Below, one piece after another: positions 37,518-49,245 of a stretch of 64,000 bases of DNA. Where the stretch lies: NCBI GenBank assembly GCA_047495785.1, contig JBLDXI010000030.1, positions 1,302,001 to 1,366,000 of the forward strand. The letters are read 5' to 3'. The stretch is from Lepidodermella squamata. Lineage: Eukaryota; Animalia; Gastrotricha. Each line of letters begins with the position of its first letter. Within the stretch, counting starts at the first letter, position 1. The notes under the pieces were generated by a model that had not been told where the DNA came from, made no database searches, and saw only the letters and a list, made by a program, of their open reading frames with translations. A program made the position numbers and the translations under genes.

Positions 37518-40500
37518 ATGCGGTTTCGAAGTACGGTAACCATCCTTGTGACTTTGCAGCTAGCCTTCGAAGGTAGACTGTCAAATTTTTCAAATTGTAC
37601 TCTCAAGATTGATTCACCATTTCCAGGCCAATCAGCATGCCCTGGATTAAGAACTGTACCCGGGCAGTACCAATACATGAATGGTTCGAGCGAGGCGACG
37701 TCCTAAGTTTGGATAAACGCAGCCGAGGAAGACGTTGTGAAGTCGAAAAACTTCAATGACACGGTTCGAGTGTTGCTGAACAATCAAGTCGTCAGCACAC
37801 ATCGATGCCAGAGCAATGGTACATGGGACGTACCGCCGAGAGATTGCATACCTGGCGGTAAGAGCTTTCCTATAAGCATTTTGTTAGAAGTTACTCGCAG
37901 TAACTTAACATAGAAAGAGCTTAATACTCATTAATATGCGAAACTATTTTCAAGATAATTTCTCTTTTAGAATCGTGTCCCAATTCCGGAATTTGCGATG
38001 GCAGTGGTATGTGCAAATGCCGTTTTGGGTTTCAAGGCGTATATTGCGATAGCTGTAAGTGGAATTGCTTTGAAGTCATGCAATTGATGCAATTTTCGAA
38101 TTAAGCTGCGTCCTTTATTTTGTGCATCGCGTCTTGTGGCAAGGTCGACTGCCTAAGTAGTTTCGTCTGTCAATGCCTTGGTAATACATTCGGCCCAGCC
38201 TGTAAACATGAAGCGGAAAACCGATTCAGCGACGCTTTTTGGTACATCGCACCGTGGACTACAATTCGTGGCCTTCAAAGTGGTGTACTTCAAAATTCAT
38301 CCTTCGGAAATAATTCCCTTAACCAATGGCGAATTTTCGCAGACGCTGGGAAGGTTCTGAGGTTTTCAAAGATGTACCTGGTAGCAGTTAATGAGAGTGG
38401 GGATCAAATTACAGAAGATGAGGTTCGTATCGAATTTTACGAGGCTAGCTACTCTGTCTCCTCTGGCTATGGAAGACGCTTTGCTTCGTTCAAGGCCAGC
38501 GATCTTGGACCGGAGAATGACGCTAACATCACCAGCGTAGGCTCTTCAGTTCTCGTTTGGATCACCACAAGTGTCAATGCGATTTACTCCCGTTACGAAA
38601 TTTTTTTCGAACAAGTTGATGCAGAAGCCCCAACCCCTACAAGCGGAAATAAAGTCGTCCCGGATATCTTTGAAAGCTGTAGCGCATTGGTAACTATCGA
38701 TTCGCCATTCGATGAAATTATCATCGGCGTCGAACCGACAACTCTTGTCAACAAATTCTCTAACAAATGTACTTGGCGCTTCAAAATTCCAGACGGGAGT
38801 TCACTCGAGTAATTCGATTTTCTATTCCATTTTCAAGACTAATCATAAATTGTTCAGGTATGCTTTGCTTAACTATACGGCCAAGGGTGATAACGGGTTT
38901 TACTTGGAAATGAATACGATAAACTACGACACTGGCAACGTTTTCACATGGATCTCATCAAATGACATTAAGAACAGCGAGAAGATAGTACCAGGGAAGA
39001 TGATGGCCGTTAATTTTGTGAATTCCCATCGTGAATTCCACGTCTTCTACACGTCAAGAGGCAGCAGCTCAGCAAAAACAAATGGATTCTACATCAAGTT
39101 GAAAATGAGTTTCGTTTAGTGTCGCTTCTTGATGATTGATGATTATCTTCCATCCATAGCATTGAGCACTACAACGGTTGCGAATTCAAGCACAACAACG
39201 ACGAGTCTTGCTTCGCTGAAGAGTGACGGATCGAGTACTACAACATCATTGCCAGCGGTTGTGAGTTCAAGCTCTACAGCGACGAGTTTCGGGTCGCCGA
39301 AAAGTAAAGTATCGATTACTACGACAGCGATTTTGGATTCAAGCTTCACAACAAAGGACCTCGCGCTGATAACGAGTAATGCAAGAAATTCACAGATCAA
39401 GGAAGCGGCTGCGATTGATCAAGTTTCATTGTCCGGACAAATGTCGGTGATTGAAAAGGCTGCAGCTGCTTTTCCAACGCTACCCGAGGAAACAGCCACG
39501 CCGAGGCTGCGAGATTCAGATATTTTGAATGGGAAGTGCCACGACTTCACGGCTGACAGGAGCGCTCCTCCCAACAACGGTAATGCAACTGATATTGGGA
39601 CGATTTTCGTCATTGATCAGTTCTTCGGAATCAAAGAGGTTGATGAGACTATTACGATATCCGGGATCATCCAACTCCGATGGAACGTGACAACATGCAA
39701 GCGGGATGATATTCCTGTCAAAATAGAAGGGCCGGAACGTGTGTTCGTTGGCGATATGGCGAAATTTTGGCTGCCTCCGTTAACATTCAGATCAAGCCCA
39801 GACAATGTGTACATGATCGACAGCCAACTAGGGGACGATTTCGTATTCGTTGTCAGGCCTACTGATGACATTTTCCTAAACATGCAGTTCTACTGGTCGA
39901 AGATAGGTGTCTTCGAGTCAACCTGCGATATGGACCTTCGAAAGTTTCCATTCGATACGCAGACTTGCGAGATCGAGTTCGGCATTCATCGCTCTGTCAA
40001 TTTGACGGCATTTTCTGAGCTAAAAATCATACCACCAGATGCCCTGACCCCCGTTGCCCAGTGGCAGATTCTGCCTGAGGAAACAAAATCCAAAATCAAA
40101 CTGTTGTCTGCTCCGACCATTGGTAGCAAAGTCAGCGTGGCTGTTTTCTCGCTGACTTTCCGTAGAAGGCCCAACTACTATCTGTTGAACATCATTGGGC
40201 CTTGCTTGGTTCTAACATTCTTAGAACTGGCTGCTTTCCTCATGCAAGCCAACAAGCCAGATCGAGTGATGTTCGTAGTCACTATCCTGCTGGCTCTTAC
40301 AGTTGCCCAGAATCAGGTCTTGCAAGATGTCCCGAAAAGTGCAGCGATGATCCTCCTGACGGAGTACATTTTCTACATGTCGGTCTACACGGGATTGGTC
40401 AGTATGTACAACCTGTTTCTCGGCTATTTCGCGACTGAAATGACGAATTCAGCCAACAAGATGCTGAAGTTCGGCTGCCTTCGCATTCCCGTTTTGAGTT

Positions 40501-40586
40501 CGCTGAATGCAATCGGCTTCGCAATGGCGGTTGCTTTTTTCTTCGGAATCAACATGTACGCGATGTATATTCTCAAATACGAGTAA
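37518..40586 (+). CDS. Cys-loop ligand-gated ion channel subunit with predicted N-terminal Sushi-like/EGF/EGF/CUB/CUB-like modules and Ser/Thr stalk (in-frame stop at 37704-37706)
   Basis: Predicted exons: 37518-37572 (signal), 37627-37857 (C...CQSNGTWDVPPRDC), 37971-38054 (SCPNSGICDGSGMCKCRFGFQGVYC), 38106-38808 (EGF + CUB-like), 38858-39108 and 39160-40586. The last exon has an S/T-rich stalk, WLPPL, Cys-loop CDMDLRKFPFDTQTC, RRRPNYYLLNIIGP and 4 TM helices. All introns are phase-compatible GT-AG. Confidence 0.72.
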
Positions 40587-40931
40587 GACTTTATTGGACT
40601 CATTTGATATTTGATGATATCAGCTATGACGAGCTGGCAATCGCTCAGCTCTGAAATTGAATTCTCGATCTATTATTTATTACTATTTTTCGCCCTAGAT
40701 TCAAGATAATCTTACCCTAAGAAATTGCAGAACGGTAGAATCAGATATTTCCAAAATATTATCATCATGTTTTTAATAGATATGGACAAAAGTAAGGAAT
40801 CGAGTATAGTAAAATTATGTTTTTCATGCAATCGCATATTGTTATGTTGAGAAAACATCCCAGAAAACCTTTAATATTATAGGCATTGGCTTACATGGAT
40901 TAAGAAGGATTCACGCGCAGAAGGGTGATTA

Positions 40932-42340
40932 TTAAAACAACATTTCTTTGAATAGCAAGAAATCAGGTATGGTAACAGCCAGACAAATGATGACAAAAGC
41001 CGCTATATCCAGAGCTCTGATGTAGGTCAACTTAGAGCTGGTAAAGCATCTCCGACACCAGGCGAGATTAGCCACGCCACATGTGACAATCGTGTAGATA
41101 GTCAAAACGCCGCCAGCGACGAATTTCCACGTAATCAAAACAGAGATGTAAACGACCTCAGAGGATTCTGGAGTCAGCGATGTGATGGCGCTCAAAGTCA
41201 TTGAATTCGCTAGGACAGCTGTTATGTTTATTGCAGATCTAGGAAAATAATTCGTATTCCGTCAACTGAGTCTCGACAATGCAGAAAACGACAACTCAGC
41301 CATGACTTTTCAGCCTGCGACAACTCAGCCTTTTAAATATTTATTTTAACTTACGACATCTCAGGCTGCGACAACTCAGCCTTTTCCTAATTCTAATAAT
41401 ATCGCGACAACTCAACCCACGACAACTCAGCCTTTATTCAATTGTGAAAATACCTAGCCATATTACCATGCGAGCGGAGCGAGCATGTGAGCCTGACTAA
41501 GTAGTTTAAAGGCTGAGTTGTCGTGAGTTGAGTTGTCGTAAATTAAAATAAATATTTAAAAGGCTGAGTTGTCGCAGGCTGAAAAGTCATGGCTGAGTTG
41601 TCAAGGACTCAAATGTCTGTGGACCAAATAATCAATAACAATTCGAGATTAAGTACTTCTAAATAGATTTCTTACCTATTAGGGTCACTTGGGTCGATGA
41701 TTAGGGCTATCATTTGAATGAAGAATAGCGTGAAAGGTGGGATGAAAATTAAAGGCACGTAGTAGATCGCGCGGCGTTGCAGCGTTACATTGTAATTAAT
41801 TTGGTCGTAAGATGAATGTCTACCAGTTCTTAGATAATCATTAACCTGCACGACTGAGACGAATTGCCAAACTTCAGCGCTGCTGAGGAACTTCGGAGTC
41901 ACATCATAAGGTTGCATAGTGAAGTTGACGTCGCTTGTCAAATGGCTTGACACAAATTTCAGACCGCAAGAAAACCTGTCGAACGGAAATTTACGAAGCG
42001 AAACGTCCATGCAACTTGATACAAAGTTTCCAATTGCAATGATTGACGCAGCGAAGACTCGATTTTTGCTCGTCACTTTGATCCAGTCGCTCTTCGTTGC
42101 CATGACATTAGGATCGCCGTTAGCTGTGTTCTCATGCAGGACTTTCGGGTACCAAATTGGCCGGTCCTCAGGGCGGCCAACTGATAGGTTCAAGGTGATT
42201 TGGTCTTTCCTGCACGCGATCTTAGATTGGTTGTTAGCTAGCACGGAACAATCGACTGGTTTCTCGCAATTATAACGCCAGTCGAATTGCAGCGCACCGA
42301 AAATTGTCATAGTTCGTTCTACGTCATTGATATCAATCCA
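40932..42340 (-). CDS. Second divergent Cys-loop ligand-gated ion channel subunit (5' end unresolved)
   Basis: Exon ~42340-41676 reads WIDINDVERTMTIFG, IWYPKV, CMDVSLRKFPFDRFSC, LQRRAIYYVPLIFIP and M1. It splices in frame (DPNR|SAINITAVLA) to exon 41238-40932 encoding M2-M4. Two TAG codons lie directly upstream and no signal exon was found. Confidence 0.8.
41266..41611. mobile_element. MITE with long inverted arms built of GACAACTCAGCC motifs, in the channel intron
   Basis: gacaactcagccatgacttttcagcctgcgacaactcagccttttaaatatttattttaa at ~41290-41350 and its reverse complement at ~41543-41602. Confidence 0.85.
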
Positions 42341-43327
42341 CTACTATTCTCTTAAATGACAATATTTCAAGGAAAGGTATTATTCGTGCTTGAATCGCTT
42401 GAAATTATTCGTGGGAAGTCCACAATTTTTCCATCAACTCAGTCATTCTATAGCTGAAATCATAACCAAATGGTGTGAGTCAAAATTATGGGCGGCTGAG
42501 ACTCAATCAATAACTTGAAACCTCGAAGCTTGACTGCGAGACGCGAAGCGGTTGACTGGCCCGACTATGTCGTGTCCACTCTTTTGTTATCATTTCGTTT
42601 TTCTCCGCTTTCCGACTGACAAAGCAGCAGCCACTTGTGCAGTCAGTATTCTGAGAAGAATGCTGAAACTGCAACGAAGCGCTACATGCGGGCACGATGT
42701 CAGATTTCGGGAAGGAGCCTGATTCTCAGTTGCACGATCGTGGAGCAGCAGGTCATAAGCTCAGCCCGATTCCAGTAGAACTGGGACTTGGGTTAGGAAT
42801 ATCGCTTTTTCCAGCTGAAAACAGGCATCGACGGGTCTGGTGCTGAGCTTTCTTCGAGACGCGTCCAAATAGCAACAAGTACACAAATTGCGATACAATT
42901 CCGGTAATTAGTTCTGCCGCCGCACTTCTCTTATATATAAAGTGCGCGCCATTCATCGGCCACATTATTGCGAAGAATTCGCTGCGAGTAGTAGCATTAC
43001 CGGCGCAAGCGAATTGTTTACGCCGTAAATGGCTCCAAGTGCGCACATATCGAAGCCGACATGAAGCTGTCAGTGAATGTTCTGTAAATTTCAGAATTTC
43101 TAGCATTTCCTAGTGAATTCATAAAGGAGTAATTTCCCAAAGCTTCAGATAATCTAATTCAGCTGCAAATCAACGAGGCTAAATTGCTTGAAAGTAAGTT
43201 AAATCTTAGTTATTCTTGGAGTTATTCAACGTCGCTAAAGATGTGTATCCTTGAGAACTTGATTCAACCTCGGTTTTGCAAGTAAAATGAAGAAAACGGC
43301 TGCAAAAATGAAGTAAATCTTCATTTA

Positions 43328-43530
43328 AGCGGCGCTGATTTGAGCATACAAAAAGTGTATCGTCTTTGAAGCGCCGATTATTTCGGTATACAAAAGTGTA
43401 TCCTCTTTTAAACGCCGATTATTTCGGTACACAAAAAGTATATCGTCTTTTAAACGCCGATCATTTCGTTATACAAAAAGTGTATGCGCTATTGAGCGCT
43501 GCTGTATTTAGCCTACGAAAAGTGTATGTT
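43328..43530. repeat. Minisatellite, ~39-bp unit, ~5 degenerate copies
   Basis: Repeated cgccgattatttcggtatacaaaagtgtatcctcttttaaa-like units. Confidence 0.85.
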
Positions 43531-44420
43531 CCTATAAGTATTTTGCGAAACGAATTTCATGGGGGAGAACATCATAGTTCAATAAATTAGTGTAATGACC
43601 AAATGAAAGCGTTTTACTTATCGTCAACCTTCGGCGGGAAAGCGCAGGATTTGTAATCTGTTGGAATACTTCCAAATAGTTTACGCAGACTCCACCTCGG
43701 TCTAACTAGGCGGCCCTAAAAGAGAATTTCTAGATTCTACAGGTAGAGAATGTAGACTCTGTACCCAGCCATGCCGCATTCGCAGCCAACATTTTTGTCC
43801 GTTCATCCAATTTTTGGCTGAAGTCGATTAAATTGTATCATAATTTTAATATTGAAACGTTTCGCGCGAGCGCCCACTTGTTCCTTCATGCGGCGCACTA
43901 ATTATTTGCGTTGCGTAATCGCTGCTGCAATTGGTGTGTTTCTGTGACGCTTGGTGGTGAGCCAACAATAAATCATGAGCAGCTATCGATCGTAAAAATG
44001 ACGGCCTGGAAAAAGTTTTGGCATACTTCAACCGCTGGAATCTAGAGGCGAACCTTGAGAATCTCTACCAGGCCGAAAGCCCCCGTCTACCGTAGGCTAC
44101 GACCGAAGAATCTACGTTTCAAAAAACGGATGAAGAATGCCATAGCTCTAGCCACATTCTGAATTACAGCAGTATCGCCAGCCTCCGCGTCGACAGAGCT
44201 CACTCGGACAAGCCTCTCGCCTCGATATCAAGAGAGCCAGAAACCTTATCTCCTCGCTGAACGCGGTCGAAGCAGCTCAGCAAGGCGAACAAGGTCTAAG
44301 GTGTCTAAGGCTGAAAATTTAGGCGATCTTGTAATTTGGTGGTCGGAGTGCTGACGCTAACTGGGAACGTAGTACTTGTTGCACTCGTTCTACAACGGTG
44401 AAAAAGATCTTTATTGCATA

Positions 44421-44825
44421 TACCGTATTTCATCAAATAATAGCCGTGGCTACTATTTTTTCCGTAACTCCGAAAATGGTCTAAAAAGGAGGCAATTATT
44501 CGAGGGGGCTATTATTTATAGGCAATTAGCAAATTTCATCATCGCAAGTCGTTTGCGCTGTTGAATTCTGTGATTTCTGACCCACACTGCTTATTAATCC
44601 TCGTCATTCACAAACAACCGCTTAAGTCCACCACCTTTAATCCACTTAGCGACGCAAGTAGGACAGTTTTCCCCTCCTTCAGCGCGCCACCTGCTTCGGA
44701 CAAGGCTATTACTCGAGGGGGGGGGCTATTATTTATTTTTAAATGCTCAAAATTGCCGAAAATTTCGGGCTATTATTCGAGGGGGCTTTTATTCGAGGGA
44801 GGCTATTAATCGATGAAATACGGTA
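44421..44825. mobile_element. Tc1/mariner/pogo-type MITE
   Basis: TA|ccgtatttcatcaaataatagcc ... ggctattaatcgatgaaatacgg|TA, with internal tattcgagggggct repeats. Confidence 0.85.
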
Positions 44826-45122
44826 TATATGCATATGTCTACAGATTTCAACTCTACCAACTCTATTTGCGTTGCAGCTAGCCTTAGAAGGAAGTACGTA
44901 ATAACTTTTACAGCAAAATCATTGGCCTGTTCACACAGCGGGCACCCTGGCCCACAGGCCTCAGGCTACTAACAGGCCAGGCCGGTCCTCTCTTTAGACG
45001 AGGGACGGTGGACAGTATACTGGTTATCATCGAATTTCGAGTTGCATTCACAGAACAGATTCGAACAACCGTAACGAACTTAATATGTTTCGCCTCATTG
45101 TTGAATGGTTGTATAAGAATGG

Positions 45123-45261
45123 CTTGATTAAGGAGAGATGTTGTAGAAAATTGCGAATAAAACTCAATAAAGCTTACAATTTAATGACTATGTCGACATA
45201 GTCATTAAATTGTAAGCTGAGTTTTATTCGCAATTTTCTACAACATCTCTCCTTAATCAAG
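45123..45261. repeat. Near-perfect spacerless palindrome (139 bp)
   Basis: cttgattaaggagagatgttgtag...atgactatgtc|gacatagtcat...ctacaacatctctccttaatcaag, with only a 5-nt indel between arms. Confidence 0.95.
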
Positions 45262-46484
45262 ACTATGTGTTCAAATTTTCTGTAGCACAGCATAATCGGC
45301 GGCATCCAAATTTATAGAAAAGTATAAATCCTTCATATCGTGTTTGCTTTGAGATTGCTGCTTTACAACACACTCACGCCAAGCAAAAAAGTATCGAAGT
45401 CAAGCTTTTTGCGTGAATATAGCCGCAAACGTGAACGAGCTTCAGCATAAACATTGCAGAACATCAATGCGCGCTATTTTACGATGCAAATCCACTAATA
45501 TATAAAATATTATGCGCGAGAAAGCCGCGTATCACGCGCTGGAGACGACATGCGATGGGCCCGGAATTGAGCGAACAAGATGATGCGAACCGTTAATTGA
45601 TAGAGACCATTGGATAAGCGCAAATCGATAATCGATAATCGATAATCAATCAGTTTCCTGTTCATGCATTGCAATGTTCAAATAGCAAATAGATTTTCCT
45701 TACCAAAGCATCCTCCTAATCGAACTAAATGCTTGAAAAAAAGAATGCAATAGAAGAAAGAAAGAAATAGGAATGAACGTGAGCAGATTCTCCTCTCTCC
45801 TCTACACTGTATTGTTAAAACATCTATCATAGCCGATTAATCGGGCGATTAATCGATGCCGGGAAAGACGATTTTGGGACGAGCGCCATGATTGAAATTC
45901 GATTCGACTTAATCGTGATTTTATCGAGATTGGCCAAAATCGGAGCGCATCACTATTGACCACGAGCGTAAACCCCATAATAATCGTATCAATTAACTGC
46001 GGCAAAAAGCACTTGTTGCACTTGTTGTTTTATGGATCGCACGACCAACATGTTTCATCCGGGAGTCATAGCAACGATCGATTGACCAATCAGCGCGCCC
46101 CCAGAAGTTCAACTATTTAGCTCAAACACAATGTTACACGCCCTTGGCTTGCAGAAAAAATGAGTTGAGGCAGTGCCAGTGGACGCGGTCTAAGCCATGT
46201 TCATTTCACAGATTCATTCATGAAATTTCACAGAAGGTACAAGTCGAGCTATCGGGAAAACCTCACTCAAGTCAATACAATTCGAGACACTATTCTGCTA
46301 GCAATTTATTTCTGAGTGGTTGATGGAGAAATTACCCCAATGGTTTATTATGAGTCTTTTTGGAATTTAAATGTTGATCTCTCATATTGCCGCACTGCCG
46401 AAAGATGACACGGTACTAAATGAATTGTATCATCATTTTAAAGTGAAGGGATCATATTTTCTTAGATTTTCATAGAAGCTGTCG

Positions 46485-46776
46485 TACAGGGTGACTTTTT
46501 TATAGTGGCAATAATCAATGTTAGCAATAATTGCGTCTAGTACTGAATCATCTTTGTATGGCGAGTACTTGCATGTCAATTTCTCCAAACTTAACGAACT
46601 CGTGCTAGCAATAAAATTTTATGAATGGCCTGGTATTACGCGATAATTATCAGATAGAGTTTGAAGAGTTTGGAGAAATCGACTTTAGTGCAGTGCAAGT
46701 ACTCGCAATACTAGACAGTACTAGTCCCGATTAATGCTAACAAAGATTATTTCCACTATAAAAAAGTCACCCTGTA
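46485..46776. mobile_element. Tc1/mariner-type MITE
   Basis: TA|cagggtgacttttttatagtgg ... ccactataaaaaagtcaccctg|TA. Confidence 0.9.
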
Positions 46777-46932
46777 GATGGGAACATTAACCTGGCACGA
46801 GAGCTTCTCGCTAAGAACATAAGAACATAAGAAAAGACGGGATATCCCTGGAAAATGCTCGATACACGACATTGCCAGTGCCGGAAGAATTGCGTTATCA
46901 CTCCCCTTTCTCTGCAAACACCCCGGTTTTAG

Positions 46933-47513
46933 AAGCCACTGTCGATGGCCAGCCTAGGGCTCTTCAGCACTAGTCAGATGGGACCTGACAATACAATATC
47001 TTTCACCAGCAAAAGCTCAGCAGTGCTGGTCACGTTCATCACAAATGAAACCTCATGCTATGTACATCTCGAAGTATATTTCGAACAAGTTAGTGCTCTC
47101 AGTCAGCTCTTGGTTCTCAAGTGTTTCCTGAGATCCCCGGGTATTGCAATGCTTTGACAACTATCGACTGGACATTTGATGAAGCCATAATTGGTGTTAA
47201 AGCCACGCCACTCATCGATAAAATGTGCAGGATATGCACGTGGAGGATCGAAATACCAGACGATCGGTTACTTCAGTAAGCCCCCTTGCGAACCTTGACA
47301 CTTAATAGCTGTATCGCGTCCCCTTACAGATATGCGGTACTCAATTGCTTAGTTGCGAATGAAAGAGCACGAATTTTAGCTTTGTATCCCATAAATTATG
47401 AAACATGGGAAGAGTTTCCGGCCAATTATTTCTTCGAAACAAATTCGGATGCGAAAACAACCGAGCAATTGATGTCGCGACCGATATATAATTTCACAGT
47501 GTTCAAAAATTGA
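46933..47513 (+). pseudogene. Paralogous relic of the CUB region of the EGF/CUB-channel gene
   Basis: FSTSQMGPDNTISFTSKSSAVLVTFITN...YFEQV, CNALTTIDWTFDEAIIGVKATPL...CTWRIEIPD and YAVLN...INYET align to 38480-38950, with the same intron position. No channel exon follows. Confidence 0.75.
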
Positions 47514-47755
47514 GTTTATACAGGTGGGATGTATAAATTCCGGAGCAATTTACATGTTTTTACACGTTTAAACATGTTTATACGTATATACATGTATTTA
47601 TTCCGAGTTTATACATTTCGGTACATCCCTGGTAATATTACTAATATCTGGTACTGTAATCTGGTACAGGTAATAATATGAACACCCCACGTATCGCTTA
47701 AACTGTGAGAGTTGCGAACTCAGCTGAAAGTTATGGACTTTTAACATGGGCTTAC

Positions 47756-47955
47756 ATATCGCGACTTCCGCGCCAGAACAGTGTGCCGGAAATAGAAACA
47801 AATGGCGTAAAACTAACTTTTTGCATCTCCGCCAAGTCAGTCGCGTGCCTGATCGCTAGAAATAAAGCTGAACACCAGTTTTTTCTGTGCATCAAATGCA
47901 TTACGCCATTTGTTTCTATTTCCGGCACACTGTTCTGGCGCGGAAGTCGCGATAT
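47756..47955. mobile_element. 200-bp MITE with perfect ~55-bp TIRs
   Basis: atatcgcgacttccgcgccagaacagtgtgccggaaatagaaacaaatggcgtaa and its exact reverse complement. Confidence 0.92.
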
Positions 47956-48640
47956 TTTTTCTATCAATACCAATCAATTTTGGAACGGGGATAGCGCTCG
48001 TGATCACGGGAAATTAAATCTTTCATTTTTTCAAGGTTGCAAGATAAAATAAAATCATTGTTATGAAAATTTTACGTTCATTCACATTACTTTCGTGGCT
48101 ATAGTATTTTTTTACATGGTAACGAAATTAGCTCAATTACTTTCTATCTGCAGTACACAAACATCATAAGCGCCGTCGAATGATTCTGATAAAGGCTCGT
48201 ATTCGTCAATGTGACGGGTGCCACGTAAAAAGCCGCGTTTTTTACGTGAATGAAGAGGCTTAAAAAAATGACTTTTTATTAACCACCCTCCACCTTCAAA
48301 CTTACGTAAACAAGCCTATACCTGGGTTATGCATCATGATGAATTTATTTGGTCACTACCATGAGGAATTATGAATGGCTTGCAAACTCAGTGTTCATTA
48401 CGACCATTTTACAGTTAAAAAATGAAAAATAACAGATGAATGAAAACAAAGCATTAGTTTCGGCGCAACTCTCCTGAGCTGACCCTGGCCTATGTGAACC
48501 CAAACCATTACTACACTAAGGAAATCAGACCAGTTCTTCGGCGATTTCCATAATTCAATTTTCAAAAACCTAAGAATTCCAAAATCGATACGCAGATATA
48601 AAAATCAGACTGCAATAAAAAACTTGAGACGGGGGAGAAG

Positions 48641-49245
48641 CATGGTTGCACTTGTATAAACATCTGTGTTAAAACAGGATGTTTAAACACATGTTTAAAC
48701 AGTATAAAGTCCGAGGGTTTATACATATGTATAAAGTCCTAATAGAAAATGCCCCAAATTACTAAAAAAAATCAGCAGATTTCCGCCATAATCTTGAATC
48801 TTTTAATATCAATTAGATGCATATCTGTATTACTCGCTGCAATCTGCAGTTTATCGTAAGTGATGTTGTGGTGATGTTGCGTCTTTGAAATTTTCATCAT
48901 TCACGAAAAAGGTTAATTATTCATAAGAGCGCCATACAACTAATTCTTGGCCTCGTGAGCTCTGAAATGTAACATGTTTTCGCTAAGAAAGAAAACTTTA
49001 CGTCAAATACACATAAACAGATATCAGAATGGTCTACTAGATGGTGCCAAAAATATGTACAAACTGTATCGCGCAAAGTCATTTATCGAAACTAATAGCA
49101 TGCGATGGGGCTGTATTTCGTAGTATTTCTGAATAAAATGGATTCCGTAGTCCAGAGCTGTTTAAACATCTGTTTAAACATGTTTAAACATTTAATCGTT
49201 TAAACATGTAGAAAGTCGGGTCCATATGTATAAAGTGCAACCCTG
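48641..49245. mobile_element. hAT-type non-autonomous DNA transposon
   Basis: TIR ca(t/g)ggttgcactt...aagtgcaaccctg, 8-bp TSD GGGAGAAG (48633-48640, 49246-49253), and subterminal tgtttaaaca repeats. Confidence 0.88.

Noticed and set aside
41266-41611. Array of GACAACTCAGCC repeats as CRISPR or regulatory array
   Set aside because: The repeats are arranged as inverted arms of a MITE inside an intron.
43328-43530. Regularly spaced repeats resembling a CRISPR array
   Set aside because: Head-to-tail degenerate 39-bp units with no unique spacers, no cas genes, and a eukaryotic context; it is a minisatellite. The 74-aa ORF is a by-product.
47705-48052. Overlapping ORFs on both strands with the repeated peptide ISRLPRQNSVPEIETNGV
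   Set aside because: Artefact of the MITE's perfect inverted repeats.
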